Source of the DNA: Verrucomicrobiia bacterium
GTDB lineage: Bacteria > Verrucomicrobiota > Verrucomicrobiia > Limisphaerales > UBA1319
Assembly (NCBI GenBank): GCA_963664225.1
Contig: OY760937.1
Span: 4,864,001-4,928,000, forward strand
DNA length: 64,000 nucleotides
Direction: 5' to 3'
Shown: one piece after another, positions 46,733 through 56,675 of the stretch
Numbering within the stretch: position 1 is the stretch's first letter
How the letters are laid out: every line of letters begins with the position of its first letter
Translations under genes and position numbers: made by a program
Notes under the pieces: generated by a model
What the model saw: the letters and a program-made list of their open reading frames with translations, nothing else
The model's database searches: none
Told to the model about the DNA's origin: nothing

Positions 46733-47533
46733 ATGAAGATATGGAAGCAACTGGCGCAGCGGCGGCAACTGAGTTTGATTGCCGGGCCGTGTGTGATTGA
46801 GAGCGAGGCACTCTGCATGAAGGTGGCCGGTTTTATGATAAAAACCTGCGAGCGCCTGGAGATTCCCTACATTTTCAAGGCCAGCTTCGACAAAGCCAAC
46901 CGGACCTCGGGCCATTCCTATCGGGGACCGGGTTTGGATGAGGGATTGAAGATCCTGGGCCGGGTGCGTTCGGAGTTTGGCGTGCCGGTGCTCACCGATG
47001 TGCATACGGAGGAGCAGGCGATTCTGGCGGCTGAATATGTGGATGTCCTCCAAATCCCGGCGTTTTTGTGCCGACAGACCGATTTGATCGCGGCGGCCGT
47101 GAGGACTGGGAAAATTGTCAATTTGAAGAAGGGCCAGTTTTTATCGCCCGTGGACATGGGGCAGGTGGTGGCCAAGGCGGTGGAATCCGGGGGCAAGCTG
47201 CTGATGGTTACGGAGCGCGGGACCACCTTCGGCTACAACAACCTCGTGGCGGACATGCGGTCCATCCCGATTCTTTCGCGTTTGGGCTATCCCGTGATTT
47301 TTGACGCCACCCATTCGGTGCAATTGCCCGGGGGCGGAGGGACGAAATCGGGCGGCCAGAGGGAGTTTGCGCCGGTGCTGGCGCGTTGCGCGGTGGTCGC
47401 CGGTGTGGACGGTTTGTTTTTCGAGACGCATCCGGACCCCGACCAGGCGTTGAGCGACGGACCGAACATGATTCCCTTGAAGGAGATGCCCAAATTGCTT
47501 GCTGGACTGGTACGATTACGGCAGGCATTATAA
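46733..47533 (+). CDS. kdsA: KDO 8-phosphate synthase
   Basis: [51 protein letters not shown]. Confidence 0.97.
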   Translation: MKIWKQLAQRRQLSLIAGPCVIESEALCMKVAGFMIKTCERLEIPYIFKASFDKANRTSGHSYRGPGLDEGLKILGRVRSEFGVPVLTDVHTEEQAILAAEYVDVLQIPAFLCRQTDLIAAAVRTGKIVNLKKGQFLSPVDMGQVVAKAVESGGKLLMVTERGTTFGYNNLVADMRSIPILSRLGYPVIFDATHSVQLPGGGGTKSGGQREFAPVLARCAVVAGVDGLFFETHPDPDQALSDGPNMIPLKEMPKLLAGLVRLRQAL

Positions 47534-47537
47534 TTTC

Positions 47538-48074
47538 ATGCCACGCAAGGTTAGCAAAGGGTTGTTGTCGCGGTTGGCCCGGGTCCGCTTGTTTCTCAGC
47601 GACGTGGATGGCATATTGACCGATGCCACCGTGTTGATGGGAGGCGACCATGAGGTCAAACGCTTCTGCGTCACCGATGGACTGGGCCTGAAGCTCCTGC
47701 GGGAATCCGGGATCAAGGTGGGTTGGATTTCAGGGCGTCCCTCGTCGGCCACCGAATTGCGGGCTCGTGAATTGGAGATCGATTTCCTGCACCAAAGCCG
47801 GAATAGCAAGGTGGAAGCGGCGGAGGAATTCATGGCAAAAACCGGCTGCAACTGGTCGCAGGTCTGCTACATGGGAGATGACGTCGTGGATTTGGGGATG
47901 CTCAAGCGCGTGGGCCTGGCCGTGGTGGTTCCTGATGCGATTGCCGAAGCCAAGGCGCTGGCGCATTATGAAACCAAGACGCCGGGTGGTCGGGGTGCGG
48001 TGCGTGAGGTGGTCGAGTTGATCTTGAAATCCCAGGGCAAATGGGACGCCGTGATCAAGAGGTATATGGCCTGA
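47538..48074 (+). CDS. kdsC: KDO 8-phosphate phosphatase
   Basis: DVDGILTD HAD motif, DGLG, YMGDDVVD, GGRGAVRE. Confidence 0.93.
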   Translation: MPRKVSKGLLSRLARVRLFLSDVDGILTDATVLMGGDHEVKRFCVTDGLGLKLLRESGIKVGWISGRPSSATELRARELEIDFLHQSRNSKVEAAEEFMAKTGCNWSQVCYMGDDVVDLGMLKRVGLAVVVPDAIAEAKALAHYETKTPGGRGAVREVVELILKSQGKWDAVIKRYMA

Positions 48075-48076
48075 GA

Positions 48077-48580
48077 ATGAAACCCATGATCTGCAAAACG
48101 AATCGCATGACGCGCGCGGGTTCATGGGCGTGGCAACGGGGTTTGTCGCGAAGGCTGGCGCTGTTATGGCTGGTGCTAATTGCAGGCATTCCGTTGAGCG
48201 CGCAAAACATTTCCTTTGGATCGCCCAAGAATTTCAGCATTCCCGATTATTACGCCGGAAGTAATAAAAAGAGGTCCGTCATGACCGGGCTGCAGGCGAT
48301 TCCCCAATCCGCCAACCAGGTTCTCATCAAGGGATTGCACATAGAAACCTACGATAGGGCCGGAGTCACCAATCTGATTGTGGAGGCGCCGGAATGCCAG
48401 TTCGATTATTCCAGCAAGAACGCCTGGTCCGCCGGACCGCTGCAGGTGCGCGACGCTCTCGGACGGTTTACTCTCACGAATGACGCTGGATTTCTCTGGA
48501 AGCAGACAAACTCCTATTTGAGCGTTTCAAACAAAGTGCGGGTCACGATTCGCAGAGACATGCTAAAACTTCAATTTTGA
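48077..48580 (+). CDS. lptC: LPS export periplasmic protein LptC-like
   Basis: Position between kdsC and lptA/lptB; N-terminal hydrophobic segment then beta-rich domain. Mainly synteny. Confidence 0.6.
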   Translation: MKPMICKTNRMTRAGSWAWQRGLSRRLALLWLVLIAGIPLSAQNISFGSPKNFSIPDYYAGSNKKRSVMTGLQAIPQSANQVLIKGLHIETYDRAGVTNLIVEAPECQFDYSSKNAWSAGPLQVRDALGRFTLTNDAGFLWKQTNSYLSVSNKVRVTIRRDMLKLQF

Positions 48581-49257
48581 TGCGTATGAATCGATTATTT
48601 AGAGAGGCTGCATTGACCATGGTAGGGCGAGGCTCCCGCCGAGCCGCCGCTTCATTAATCCTTATCACGAGTTTGTTGCTGACCATGTTCGTCATAAACG
48701 CCTCGGCTCAAACGAACGAGGTCGCAGACACTTCCTCGAAGAATATCGTGATTGAATCCGATGATGGCGCGGAGTGGGATTTCAATACCGGAGTGGCGAT
48801 CTTTCGAAGCAATGTAAGAGTGACGGACGCGCCCAACATGGTCCTGACCTGTGAATTATTGACGGCGCATTTTGGAATCAACACGTCCACCAATTCCTCA
48901 GCCAAAACCAATGCCACTGCCGTTGCCAACACCAGCACCAACGCAAGTTCCAGCAATGGATTGGGCGCCGTGGAGACGATCGAAGCTGAACGCAACGTGG
49001 TGATCGATTTTGCGTCCCCGGAGGGCAAACGACATGCAACAGGGGACAAGCTGGTTTATGAGGCCGCCACCGATATTGTCACGTTGACTGGGAATGTGTA
49101 TTTGAAGGCCGAGCCACAGGGGGACATTACCGCACCCGCCGTCACCTGGGACCGGAAAACCGGTAAATTCAAAGTCCTGGGCAAAGCCAAATTCGAGTCG
49201 TCCATCAAAGTGGGCAGCCAATCCTTCTTTCCATCAAACACCAACAAATTCAAATGA
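48577..49257 (+). CDS. lptA: LptA/OstA-like LPS transport protein
   Basis: IESD, AIFRSNVRVTD, LTCELL, AERNVVI, ATGDKLVY, LTGN OstA-type strands; upstream of lptB. Confidence 0.75.
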   Translation: MMRMNRLFREAALTMVGRGSRRAAASLILITSLLLTMFVINASAQTNEVADTSSKNIVIESDDGAEWDFNTGVAIFRSNVRVTDAPNMVLTCELLTAHFGINTSTNSSAKTNATAVANTSTNASSSNGLGAVETIEAERNVVIDFASPEGKRHATGDKLVYEAATDIVTLTGNVYLKAEPQGDITAPAVTWDRKTGKFKVLGKAKFESSIKVGSQSFFPSNTNKFK

Positions 49258-50033
49258 CGGTGACCAACGAAAACGACGCTGCATCTCCGGCACCCTCTGC
49301 AAAAGCGGATGGAAGCCTGATCCGGACCGAGGCGCTGGCCAAACAGTACCGTCATCGTCGCGTGGTGGATGGCATCTCCATCCATGTCCGCGCGGGTGAA
49401 GTTGTTGGGTTGCTGGGGCCGAATGGGGCTGGAAAAACGACCACCTTCAACATGGTGGTGGGCGTGGTGCGGCCGGATGAGGGCGCGGTGATTTTCGAGG
49501 GGGATAACATTACCCTGCTGCCGATGCACCTGCGGGCCCGGCGCGGGATTGGCTATCTGACCCAAGAGCCGTCGGTGTTCCGAAAATTGACGGTGGAACA
49601 GAACATCCTGGCGATTTTGGAGACGTGCAAAATCAATGCCCAGGAACGCCGGGTGCGCCTGAAATATCTTTTGGACGAATTGGACCTGGCGCCTCTGGCC
49701 AAAAGCAAGGCCTACACCCTGAGCGGGGGTGAGAAGCGTCGGCTTGAGATAACGCGCGCCCTGGTGACCAGCCCCAAATTGCTGCTTCTGGACGAGCCGT
49801 TCAGCGGCATCGATCCCATTGCCGTTTACGAAGTGCAAAAAATCGTGCGGCGGTTGAAGGATCGAGGTCTGGGAATTTTGATCACGGATCATAACGTGCG
49901 CGAGACGCTGAAGCTGGTGGATCGGGCGTATTTGATTCACAAAGGCCGGGTGGTATGCGAGGGATCGGCTGAAGTTTTGGAGAGCGACCCCAAGGCCCGC
50001 GAAATTTACCTCGGACCTGAGTTTAGCTTGTAG
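49254..50033 (+). CDS. lptB: LPS export ABC transporter ATP-binding protein
   Basis: GPNGAGKTT, YLTQEPSVFRKLTV, LSGGEKRRLEI, LDEPFSGIDP, TDHNVRETL. Confidence 0.97.
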   Translation: MTVTNENDAASPAPSAKADGSLIRTEALAKQYRHRRVVDGISIHVRAGEVVGLLGPNGAGKTTTFNMVVGVVRPDEGAVIFEGDNITLLPMHLRARRGIGYLTQEPSVFRKLTVEQNILAILETCKINAQERRVRLKYLLDELDLAPLAKSKAYTLSGGEKRRLEITRALVTSPKLLLLDEPFSGIDPIAVYEVQKIVRRLKDRGLGILITDHNVRETLKLVDRAYLIHKGRVVCEGSAEVLESDPKAREIYLGPEFSL

Positions 50034-50103
50034 TGACGGATGTGCGGGCGATGGGGGAGCGGTTATTCCGCACCAACGCGTCGATCTGAAGGAAAGGGAT
50101 ATT

Positions 50104-51051
50104 ATGCAGCGTGATATTGTCACGGTCGAAAAATTCTACACCGAGCACCAGGGTTTGCTGGGCTTGAAGCTGGTGGCTGGCGCGTCGGGGCTCAAACGCT
50201 TTATTCGCGAGCCAACGGTGAATCGGCCAGGCCTGGTGCTGGCTGGATTTACGAAGTATTTTGCCGGGCGCCGGATACAAGTCATCGGCAGCGCGGAGGC
50301 AACCTTCCTGAAGTCATTGACGCCTGAGCAACGGGATAGACGGTATAAAGAACTGTTCTCGTTCCGCATTCCGTGCGTGATCTTTTGCCGGGGCATCAAT
50401 CCCGATAAACAATTGCTCAAGGCGGCGGAAGCGGTGGACACGCCGGTTTTCAAGTGTCCATTGATCACAATGAAATTCATCAACCTGGCCACGCTGGCGC
50501 TGGAGATGATGTTTGCGCCGCACGGCACCGAGATGGGGAGCATGGTGGATATTCTGGGCGTGGGAGTCATCGTTCGCGGGGAAAGCGGCATCGGCAAGAG
50601 CGAGAGTGTGCTTGAGTTGATCGAGCGCGGCTACAGCCTGGTGGCCGACGACATCACCAAAGTGACGCTGGTGGACGGGCGCGAGATCATTGGAACAAGC
50701 CCCGCATTGACTCGCAACCACATGGAAGTCCGGGGCATCGGCATCATCAATGTGGCCGCGATGTTCGGAGTCAAAAGCATTCGCACGGAAAAGCGGGTGG
50801 ACCTCATTGTCACGCTCAAGCCGTGGCAGCAGCTCGCGGACATCGATCGGTTGGGGATGGACGATGATTTTGTAAAAGTCCTCGGGATTAATGTCCCGCA
50901 CGCAACAATTCCCGTGGCGCCGGGGCGGAATGTCGCACGATTGGTCGAGGTTGCGGCCTTCCAAACCAAGCTCAAGATCATCGGTTATAACGCAGCCAAG
51001 GAGTTCAACGAGCGGCTGATACAAAAGATGACCGGCGGCGGGATTCAGTAA
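50104..51051 (+). CDS. hprK: HPr kinase/phosphorylase
   Basis: NRPGLVLAGF, GESGIGKSE, LVADD, MEVRGIGII, PVAPGRN. Confidence 0.96.
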   Translation: MQRDIVTVEKFYTEHQGLLGLKLVAGASGLKRFIREPTVNRPGLVLAGFTKYFAGRRIQVIGSAEATFLKSLTPEQRDRRYKELFSFRIPCVIFCRGINPDKQLLKAAEAVDTPVFKCPLITMKFINLATLALEMMFAPHGTEMGSMVDILGVGVIVRGESGIGKSESVLELIERGYSLVADDITKVTLVDGREIIGTSPALTRNHMEVRGIGIINVAAMFGVKSIRTEKRVDLIVTLKPWQQLADIDRLGMDDDFVKVLGINVPHATIPVAPGRNVARLVEVAAFQTKLKIIGYNAAKEFNERLIQKMTGGGIQ

Positions 51052-51127
51052 TGAAACCGGTTTCAGCGATGTGAAATGATTTGGGCCTTGGCAAAACGGG
51101 CTTTTATCTTCACAATCAGACTTAGCG

Positions 51128-51418
51128 ATGAGCGCTGTTAAGAAAGCAAATTTAGTAGTCAAAGAAGTGGTGGTCTTGAACAAGCTGGGTATTCACGCCC
51201 GGCCGGCCGCCATGTTTGTCAAAGCGGCCAATGCGTTTGCGTCTAAGATTTTTGTGGAAAAAGACGGGGAAACCGTCAATGGCAAGAGCATCATGGGCTT
51301 GATGATGCTGGCCGCCGGCCCGGGAAGCAAAATCCGGATGCAAGCCGACGGGCTTGACGCCCCGCAGGCCATCAATGCGCTCGAAGCCCTGGTGAAACGC
51401 AAGTTCGACGAGGACTGA
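51128..51418 (+). CDS. ptsH: Phosphocarrier protein HPr
   Basis: NKLGIHARPAA (His15 site), NGKSIMGLMML (Ser46 site). Confidence 0.93.
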   Translation: MSAVKKANLVVKEVVVLNKLGIHARPAAMFVKAANAFASKIFVEKDGETVNGKSIMGLMMLAAGPGSKIRMQADGLDAPQAINALEALVKRKFDED

Positions 51419-51542
51419 CCCCTCCGCGTTGCGTGTCATTCGAATGGGTCCAGGCCAGGCCAGGGTGCGTGCATTGCCTTGAGTGGCGCTGGCACGCCGT
51501 TTTTTTCATGGGCAACTCTTCACTGTTCATTAGTATCAGATC

Positions 51543-52829
51543 ATGATTTCAAGACAGAAATCCGAGCAAATGTTTGCCGAGGCGCTGAAATTCATTCCCG
51601 GTGGAGTGAATTCGCCGGTGCGGGCGTTTCGTGCCGTGGGCGGCACACCATTTTTTGTCGATCGAGCGCAGGGAGCCCGCGTTTGGGACATCGACGGCAA
51701 TGAGTTGCTCGATTACGTCGGCACATGGGGCCCGGCCATTCTGGGCCACGCCGATCCGCGCATCATCGAGGCCGTAAAGGCCGCCGCAGACCGGGGAACG
51801 AGTTTCGGGATCCCGAATCCTTTGGAAGTCACGATGGCAAAGGTCATCTGTAAACGCGTGCCTTCCGTGGAAAAAGTGCGGATGTGCAACTCTGGAACGG
51901 AATCGACCATGTCGGCGATCCGGCTGGCGCGTGGTTTCACGGGTCGCGAAAAAATCATCAAATTCGAAGGCTGTTATCATGGGCATGTGGACAGCCTGTT
52001 GGTGAAGGCCGGTTCCGGGGCGCTGACCTTCGGCCATCCCGACAGCGCGGGCATTCCAGCTTCCTTCACGCAGCACACGCTGGTGCTGCCATTCAACGAT
52101 CTGGACGCGGTCCGGCAGGCCTTTGACGCGTATCCGGGCCAGATTGCCGCCATCATTGTCGAGCCGGTGCCGGGTAATTCGGGCGTTTATTTGCCGCGAC
52201 CGGGTTATTTGGAAGGCCTTTCCAGTGTCACCCGGCAGAATGGGGCATTGCTCATTTTTGACGAGGTGATGACCGGTTTTCGCCTGGCCCCGGGCGGGGC
52301 GCAGGAACGCTTTTCAATCAAGCCCGATCTGAGTTGTTTTGGGAAAATCATTGGCGGCGGCCTGCCAGTGGGCGCGTTTGGCGGCCGCGCGGAGATCATG
52401 GATTTTCTCGCTCCGCTGGGCCCGGTGTATCAGGCGGGAACGCTCAGCGGGAATCCGCTGGCGATGGCTGCGGGCCTGGCCGCGTTGAACGCGCTGGCGG
52501 ATGGCAGCGTGTATTCGTGTCTGGAGAGCCTGGGGGCTGAATTGGAGCGCGGGATGAAGGCTGCGGCGAAGGCAGCGGGTGTTCCCGTTCAATTCAACCG
52601 GATCGGATCCATGTTTTGCGCCTACTTCACCACAAGGCCGGTGTATAATCTGCAGGACGCGATGGAGAGCGACCGCGCCTTGTTTGCCCGTTATTTTCAC
52701 GGGATGCTGGAGGAGGGCATTTACCTGGCGCCTTCACAATTCGAGGCGGGTTTTATTTCTGCGGCGCACACGGCGGCGGATATGGAACGGACCGTTCAGG
52801 CGGCCAGCCGGGTGCTCAAGAATTTGTAA
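51543..52829 (+). CDS. hemL: Glutamate-1-semialdehyde 2,1-aminomutase
   Basis: IPGGVNSPVRAF, NSGTE, YHGH, FDEVMTGFR, GKIIGGGLP, YQAGTLSGNP. Confidence 0.97.
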   Translation: MISRQKSEQMFAEALKFIPGGVNSPVRAFRAVGGTPFFVDRAQGARVWDIDGNELLDYVGTWGPAILGHADPRIIEAVKAAADRGTSFGIPNPLEVTMAKVICKRVPSVEKVRMCNSGTESTMSAIRLARGFTGREKIIKFEGCYHGHVDSLLVKAGSGALTFGHPDSAGIPASFTQHTLVLPFNDLDAVRQAFDAYPGQIAAIIVEPVPGNSGVYLPRPGYLEGLSSVTRQNGALLIFDEVMTGFRLAPGGAQERFSIKPDLSCFGKIIGGGLPVGAFGGRAEIMDFLAPLGPVYQAGTLSGNPLAMAAGLAALNALADGSVYSCLESLGAELERGMKAAAKAAGVPVQFNRIGSMFCAYFTTRPVYNLQDAMESDRALFARYFHGMLEEGIYLAPSQFEAGFISAAHTAADMERTVQAASRVLKNL

Positions 52830-52837
52830 TCATCATT

Positions 52838-53251
52838 ATGCGCATACTCGCCATCGACCACGGTACCGTACGAATGGGCATTGCCCTGAGCGATGAAATG
52901 CAAATGCTCGCCAAGCCGCTGGAATTCATTCCCGCCGATCCGTTCTCCGTATTTCTGGACCGGCTCAAGGAACTGATCCGGGAATACCAGGTGGAATTGA
53001 TTCTTGTGGGCATGCCGCGCAACATGAATGGGAGTTACGGTCCGGCGGCGTTGAAGGTGAAGGAATTTGTCGCCGTGCTCAATGAGTCGATAGTGATTCC
53101 GATCAAGACCTGGGACGAACGGCTGACCTCGGTCCAGGCGCATCGATTCTTGAGCGAGGGCGGGGTCAAGGCTTCGAAACGCCGCGGAAAAGTGGATCAG
53201 TCCGCCGCCGCCATTTTATTGCAGAGCTATCTGGAATCGCTTTCGCTTTGA
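52838..53251 (+). CDS. ruvX: Holliday junction resolvase-like / pre-16S rRNA nuclease YqgF
   Basis: LAIDHGTVRMGIALSD, VGMPRNMNGS, WDERLTS, VDQSAAAILLQSYL. Confidence 0.93.
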   Translation: MRILAIDHGTVRMGIALSDEMQMLAKPLEFIPADPFSVFLDRLKELIREYQVELILVGMPRNMNGSYGPAALKVKEFVAVLNESIVIPIKTWDERLTSVQAHRFLSEGGVKASKRRGKVDQSAAAILLQSYLESLSL

Positions 53252-53277
53252 GGATTCAGCGGCAAAGCGTTTCAGTC

Positions 53278-54048
53278 ATGGACGATTCCTTCAAGATCAA
53301 GCTCACCATTGCCTACGACGGCACGGCCTATTCAGGCTGGCAGACGCAGCTCACTGGAATTGGCGTGCAGCAAAAGATCGAGGAGGCGCTGCAATCCCTT
53401 TTCGGAATAAAAACAACGCTTTACAGTTCGAGCCGAACCGATACAGGCGTTCACGCGCTGGGAATGGTGGCCCATTGCGAAGTGCCGGAGCGCTGGCGCA
53501 AGTCACCGCCGGACAAGATTGCGCTGGCCATCAACGCGTATCTGCCTGCGGACATTCGGATCATGTCCGCGCGGCGCTGGCCCAAAAACCGCCATGCGCG
53601 CTTCGATGCGAAGGGCAAGCAATACCGCTACTTCGTCTGGAATTCGCCGGGACACAATCCGCTGCTTCGCACACAGGCCTGGCATGTCGCGCGCGCATTG
53701 GATCTGGTGGCCATGCGAAAAGCGGCGGCGGCTCTGGTGGGAAAACACGATTTTCGATCCTTCGCGGCCAACCGGAACTATGTCACCGTCGATACCGTGC
53801 GCACGTTGATGCGTTGCGACGTCAAGCGGGACGGGCCATTGCTGACGTTCATCATCGAGGGGGACGGTTTTCTCTATAAAATGTGCCGGGGCATTGTGGG
53901 GACGCTGGTCCAGATTGGATTGGGCAAGTTTCCGGCGGAGTCCATTGCGGAGATGTTATCCGCGAAAGATCGCCGCCAGGCCGGCATGACCGCCCCCGCG
54001 CACGGATTGGTATTGTGGAAGGTTTTTTATGCACGTCGTACTCGTTGA
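53278..54048 (+). CDS. truA: tRNA pseudouridine(38-40) synthase
   Basis: IAYDGTAYSGWQ, SSRTDTGVHA, HARFDA, GKHDFRSF, GFLYKMCR, TAPAHGL; alternative start 53248. Confidence 0.96.
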   Translation: MDDSFKIKLTIAYDGTAYSGWQTQLTGIGVQQKIEEALQSLFGIKTTLYSSSRTDTGVHALGMVAHCEVPERWRKSPPDKIALAINAYLPADIRIMSARRWPKNRHARFDAKGKQYRYFVWNSPGHNPLLRTQAWHVARALDLVAMRKAAAALVGKHDFRSFAANRNYVTVDTVRTLMRCDVKRDGPLLTFIIEGDGFLYKMCRGIVGTLVQIGLGKFPAESIAEMLSAKDRRQAGMTAPAHGLVLWKVFYARRTR

Positions 54049-54496
54049 GCCGGAGATCCCGCCCAATACCGGCAATGCCGCCCGGCTTTGCGCGGCCACC
54101 AGGACCCAGTTGCACTTGGTTGAGCCGTTCGGTTTCAAGCTCGCAGACAAGGATTTGAAACGGGCGGGAATGGATTACTGGCAGCATGTGCAGTGGCATC
54201 GATGGGCCTCGTGGACGAAGTTTCAGGAGAGTTTGCCCGCCGATGCGCGTCTGTGGTTTGTCGAATCGGATGGCAAACAGCGTTACACGGATGTGGCTTA
54301 CGGGCCGGAGGATTATCTGGTGTTTGGCCGCGAAACGGCGGGACTGCCGCAGGCCCTTTTACGCGAGAACTCCGAGCGCTGGCTGCGCATCCCTATGTTC
54401 AATCCCGATGCGCGTTCGCTCAATTTATCCAACTGCGTCGCCCTCGTGCTTTACGAGGCCCTGCGCCAGCAAAACTTCATTGGCGAGACCGAATAA
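54029..54496 (+). CDS. trmL: tRNA (cytidine/uridine-34 2'-O)-methyltransferase
   Basis: EPEIPPNTGN, KRAGMDYW, VFGRETAGLP, RSLNLSN. Confidence 0.95.
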   Translation: MHVVLVEPEIPPNTGNAARLCAATRTQLHLVEPFGFKLADKDLKRAGMDYWQHVQWHRWASWTKFQESLPADARLWFVESDGKQRYTDVAYGPEDYLVFGRETAGLPQALLRENSERWLRIPMFNPDARSLNLSNCVALVLYEALRQQNFIGETE

Positions 54497-54567
54497 ACGA
54501 AAAGGGCGTTCCGGTGTCGAAACGCCCTTCAAGTGGTGTCAGGCAATTCTGAAGATCGGCGGGTTTC

Positions 54568-55065
54568 CTACATCTTGCTTTCGGCGTCCTTGATCAAGGC
54601 TTGAACTTTTTCGGGTTTATCCGCGACAAGAAGGGCCTTGCGTAGTTTGGGATCGCGCAGCAGACGACTGAGCCGGCCCAGAATTTGGAGGTGCTGGCTG
54701 ACGTTGGGCGCGACCAATAGGAAGAACAGGCGTGCCGGGCTGTTATCCACGGAACCAAAGGCGACGCCCTGGTTGTGACGGCCAAAAACGACGACCGGGT
54801 CGTCCACCAAACCGACGAGGGCATTGCGGCAGTGGGGCAGGGCGATGCCGTCCCCGATGCCCGTGCTGCAGAGTTGCTCGCGATCCTGGAGGGCGCGCAA
54901 GAGAGTGTTCTTGGCGCTCGGTTGGTTGGTCAGTTCCGGGATTTTGTTGACCAACTCCTCAAGGACGGCGTCCCGGGAGGCCCCGTGGAGGTCCAGGTCG
55001 ATCCGCTCGGTTTTGAACAAAGGGGTGAGGATGAGTCGCGGTGCTGTTTGAGTTTCCATAAGCAA
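54568..55065 (-). CDS. ptsN: PTS EIIA component (fructose/mannitol/Ntr type)
   Basis: REQLCSTGIGDGIALPHCR phospho-His motif, HLQILGRLSRLL. Confidence 0.8.
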   Translation of the reverse strand: MLMETQTAPRLILTPLFKTERIDLDLHGASRDAVLEELVNKIPELTNQPSAKNTLLRALQDREQLCSTGIGDGIALPHCRNALVGLVDDPVVVFGRHNQGVAFGSVDNSPARLFFLLVAPNVSQHLQILGRLSRLLRDPKLRKALLVADKPEKVQALIKDAESKM

Positions 55066-55071
55066 TCAATA

Positions 55072-56454
55072 TTAATCCAAAAATTTACCGGGATTCAAAA
55101 TACCTTTCGGGTCGAGCGCTTTCTTAATGGTTTTATGAAAGGCATGGACTTCCGGGGCGATGGCCATGTGCCACCACGGTTTTCGCGACAGCCCAATGCC
55201 ATGCTCGCCGGTCAGCACTCCGCCCCAGTCGAGTATCTGACGGAACAGGGCATCGAGGACCTGTCGGCAGCGGGTATCCACATTGGGCAGGTTTTTATCG
55301 ACCATGACGTTGACATGGATGTTGCCATCTCCGGCATGGCCAAAGCAGGCAATTGGAAAGCCGTATTGTTTTTGAAGGCGCGCGGTGAATTTGAACAGAT
55401 CGACCAGGCGTCCGCGGGGCACGGTGATGTCCTCGTTGAGTTTCTGCAGGCCGGTGTCGCGGAGGGCGTAGGAAAACTCCCGGCGGAGTTGCCAGATCTT
55501 TTCGCAGGCTTCTGCGCCATATTCCATGCGCACGAATTTGGGATTGCAGGCGCGAACGATTTTTTCAACAGCCTTGATTTCCTGGCGCACGGAACCTTCC
55601 TGGCCGTCCAACTCCACGATCAGGTGCGCCTTGCATCCGGCGAGCAAATCGCTGCCGGTGCGTTTGTGGGCGGCGGCCAGCGTGAAGGCGTCGGCCACTT
55701 CGAGAGCGGAGGGCAGGAAACCTGCGGCAAAAATCGCGCGGATGGCCTTGGCGTCGTCCGTCATCGAATGGAAACCCACGGACAGACAGGAACGGAACGG
55801 GGGCAGGGGAATCAATTTCAACGTGGCCTCTGTGATCAGGCCAAGCATTCCTTCCGAGCCAACGAACACGCGTGAGAGATCGAAGCCGGTTTTGTTTTTG
55901 TGCGTGCGGCTGCCCAGTTTCAGAATGGTGCCGTCGGCCAGCACGACTTCCAGGCCCAGCACGTAGTCGCGCGTCACGCCATATTTGAGACAACGGGGGC
56001 CGCCCGCATTGGTTGCTATATTGCCCCCGATGAAACATTCACCCCGGCTGGCCGGATCCGGTGGATAGCATAGCCCGCGCTTCTCCACCGCTTTCTGGAG
56101 TTTTTCCGTGATCACGCCCGGCTGCACAACGGCCACAAAATCGTTTCGATCAATCTGTTTGATGCGGCGCATCCCGGCCATGGAAATTACGATGCCGCCC
56201 TCTACGGGGACGCATCCCCCGGCGTAACCGCAACCGGCGCCCCTGGGGGTGACGGGAATGCGATGCTGGTTCGCGAACTTAAGGATTTTTGAAACGGTTT
56301 GGGCGGTTTTGGGAATGGCCACCGCGTCGGGCATGTGTGTGGCAGTCCATTTATCGCCCGCATGCGCCTTGAGTGTTTCGTCATCCAGGAAGAATTCTCC
56401 GGGTGGCAGCTCCTTTTGCAATAATTTGAGCAGCGAAAGATCGGTTTGCTTCAT
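55072..56454 (-). CDS. FAD-linked oxidase (glycolate oxidase GlcD / D-lactate dehydrogenase family)
   Basis: PRGAGCG, PPDPAS, GGNIATNAGG, GSEGMLG, GHAGDGNIH, GEHGIG, LNPGK. Confidence 0.9.
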   Translation of the reverse strand: MKQTDLSLLKLLQKELPPGEFFLDDETLKAHAGDKWTATHMPDAVAIPKTAQTVSKILKFANQHRIPVTPRGAGCGYAGGCVPVEGGIVISMAGMRRIKQIDRNDFVAVVQPGVITEKLQKAVEKRGLCYPPDPASRGECFIGGNIATNAGGPRCLKYGVTRDYVLGLEVVLADGTILKLGSRTHKNKTGFDLSRVFVGSEGMLGLITEATLKLIPLPPFRSCLSVGFHSMTDDAKAIRAIFAAGFLPSALEVADAFTLAAAHKRTGSDLLAGCKAHLIVELDGQEGSVRQEIKAVEKIVRACNPKFVRMEYGAEACEKIWQLRREFSYALRDTGLQKLNEDITVPRGRLVDLFKFTARLQKQYGFPIACFGHAGDGNIHVNVMVDKNLPNVDTRCRQVLDALFRQILDWGGVLTGEHGIGLSRKPWWHMAIAPEVHAFHKTIKKALDPKGILNPGKFLD

Positions 56455-56462
56455 TGTATTAT

Positions 56463-56675
56463 CTAGTGGTCCGCAGCCAGCAATGCGCGGGCATCCTCAG
56501 CGGATTCCTTTGGAACGCTTATCTTGATGCCGCCGACGGCGTTGGCGCCGCCTGCGGTGCTCAATGCGGGCAATTCGCCCGCGACATCCACAGAAAACCC
56601 CGCCGCCTCCAGACGTGAGCGGACCAAATCCGCATCTCCGGGATTGAGCGCCAAATGCACGCAGACCCAATTCAT
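56463..56675 (-). CDS. DUF2007 / putative signal-transducing small protein
   Basis: ADLVRSRLEAAGF...IKISVPKESAEDARALL pattern; first gene of the glcD-like/ptsN run. Confidence 0.7.
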   Translation of the reverse strand: MNWVCVHLALNPGDADLVRSRLEAAGFSVDVAGELPALSTAGGANAVGGIKISVPKESAEDARALLAADH

